A stretch of DNA of 63,773 nt, the filler included, from Octopus bimaculoides (lineage: Eukaryota): NCBI RefSeq assembly GCF_001194135.2. It is 5 parts of 4 records of this genome, joined end to end, with 100 filler letters (N's around TTAATTAATTAA, not from the genome) between each part and the next. Parts side by side here need not be neighbours in the genome. Positions count along the whole stretch, not along the records: positions 53,636 to 63,773 come from NC_069000.1; 4 more parts are not named here. One strand, given 5' to 3'. Both the position numbers and the translations under genes were made by a program. Positions 62,622 to 63,773 of this stretch are shown here, one piece after another. A model generated the notes under the pieces. It ran no database searches and had not been told where the DNA came from. It saw only the letters and a list, made by a program, of their open reading frames with translations. Every line of letters begins with the position of its first letter. Positions within the stretch are counted from its first letter, which is position 1.

Positions 62622-63773
62622 CTACAGGTGAAAAAATAAATAAATAAAATTAATCAAAATATCACAAAAACAATTAATTATATACAAATAAAACATTGAT
62701 TTTCTGGAATCTTTGCTTTTTAAGACTTTCCAAATTACTGATTTGTCTAAATCGAGAGTGGTTACCTTGATCAACACACTCTTGATTAAACAAATACTAA
62801 ATTGACTTCAATAATTAAATGGAACACAGGTACCTGTACATTAGTACAAATTACAACAGCCAGAGTTTGTATTTATATTAACCAATGATATTAGCAGAAT
62901 TCATAACCAAGTATGCTTCAGAGGATGATTTATCATCATCATCATCATCATCATTATCATTTAACGTTTGTCTTCCATGCTGGCATGGGTTGGACAATTT
63001 GAGAGGAGCCAGACAGGTAGAAGACTACACCAGGCTACTGTGTCTATTTTGGCATCTTGTCCAGGGTGTTAATGATTCTGCCATCTCTTTACCTTATTAA
63101 TAGTAATTTTACCCCATTGATGCTAATGCAAACACTATAAAAAGGGTCATATATTCTAATGTCACTTTTGTTTTAAAAAATAAAAAAATAGAGAAAAAAA
63201 AAAAAACTAGTGTGTGGCAAACGACTTTGGTAAGTTGTTCTAGTACATGGCTCTATTTTGTGATTGCAAGCCATATTCCGATACCTGATCAATAATTGCA
63301 GTGTACAGCAATAGTAACAAAAGACTAGTTCTCTTTTAAAAAGCACAGATGACTCAACATTCGGTTTTAGTTTCATTGAAACTAAACAAAACAGTGAATA
63401 AGTCGAACACAAGCCAGCTTGCCACATAGATGCAAATGGAGTGAGCACAGTTGTTATAAAGAAATCTGTTACAACTCACAACCAGAGTGTTAGCCATTAT
63501 ATCTGGTAATCTATAAAGACTCAATGATGTATAAATTCATCGTAAACTATTTTAGTTTTTAAAAGTAGTAACTGAATGATAACAAAATTTATCATCTCCC
63601 ACATGTTGTTTTTTTTTTAGTTAAATTATCTATTCAACCACTGAACTTATAGTCACTAAACTAAGAAAGTTCTGGAGATATGTAGAGAAAAATTGATTTT
63701 TCACAAACATTAAATCATTAACTTCACCTATAGTCACAGATAAGGGGAAAATATATATATATATATATATATA

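Noticed and set aside
63173-63448. Upstream Piezo exon
   Set aside because: No similarity to the expected preceding Piezo sequence and no convincing splice pair ending in phase 2.

Overview
AT-rich, microsatellite- and SINE-dense animal genomic DNA with many N gaps. The repeat families and composition look like Octopus/coleoid cephalopod DNA (inference). It is not prokaryotic, and I found no CRISPR array, rRNA or true tRNA gene. Four identical 100-bp spacers (44 N + TTAATTAATTAA + 44 N) are artificial joins that split the window into five blocks of uncertain adjacency. Recognisable host exons: two exons of an ADAMTSL1/3 (punctin/MADD-4)-like gene on + (24003-24176, 26037-26270) joined by a GC-AG intron; one exon of an extracellular-type alpha-carbonic anhydrase on + (51772-51926); and two clear plus one probable N-terminal Piezo exon on - (62621-62190, 61596-61419, 58428-58315/58342). 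The rest is mostly mobile DNA: a full-length but dead hAT/Buster element with 8-bp TSD (29819-32996), stacked R4/Dong-like LINEs in TAA arrays, Tx1-, CR1- and CRE-like fragments, Penelope-like remnants, Helitron-like ends, MITEs and several SINE families. The most unusual observation is a repeat-borne minimal hammerhead-ribozyme-like motif in two diverged copies (1097-1133, 51469-51504). Both keep stems I, II and a palindromic III but carry U instead of the conserved core A6. All calls were made by eye without alignment tools, and TE boundaries are approximate unless TIR/TSD coordinates are given.
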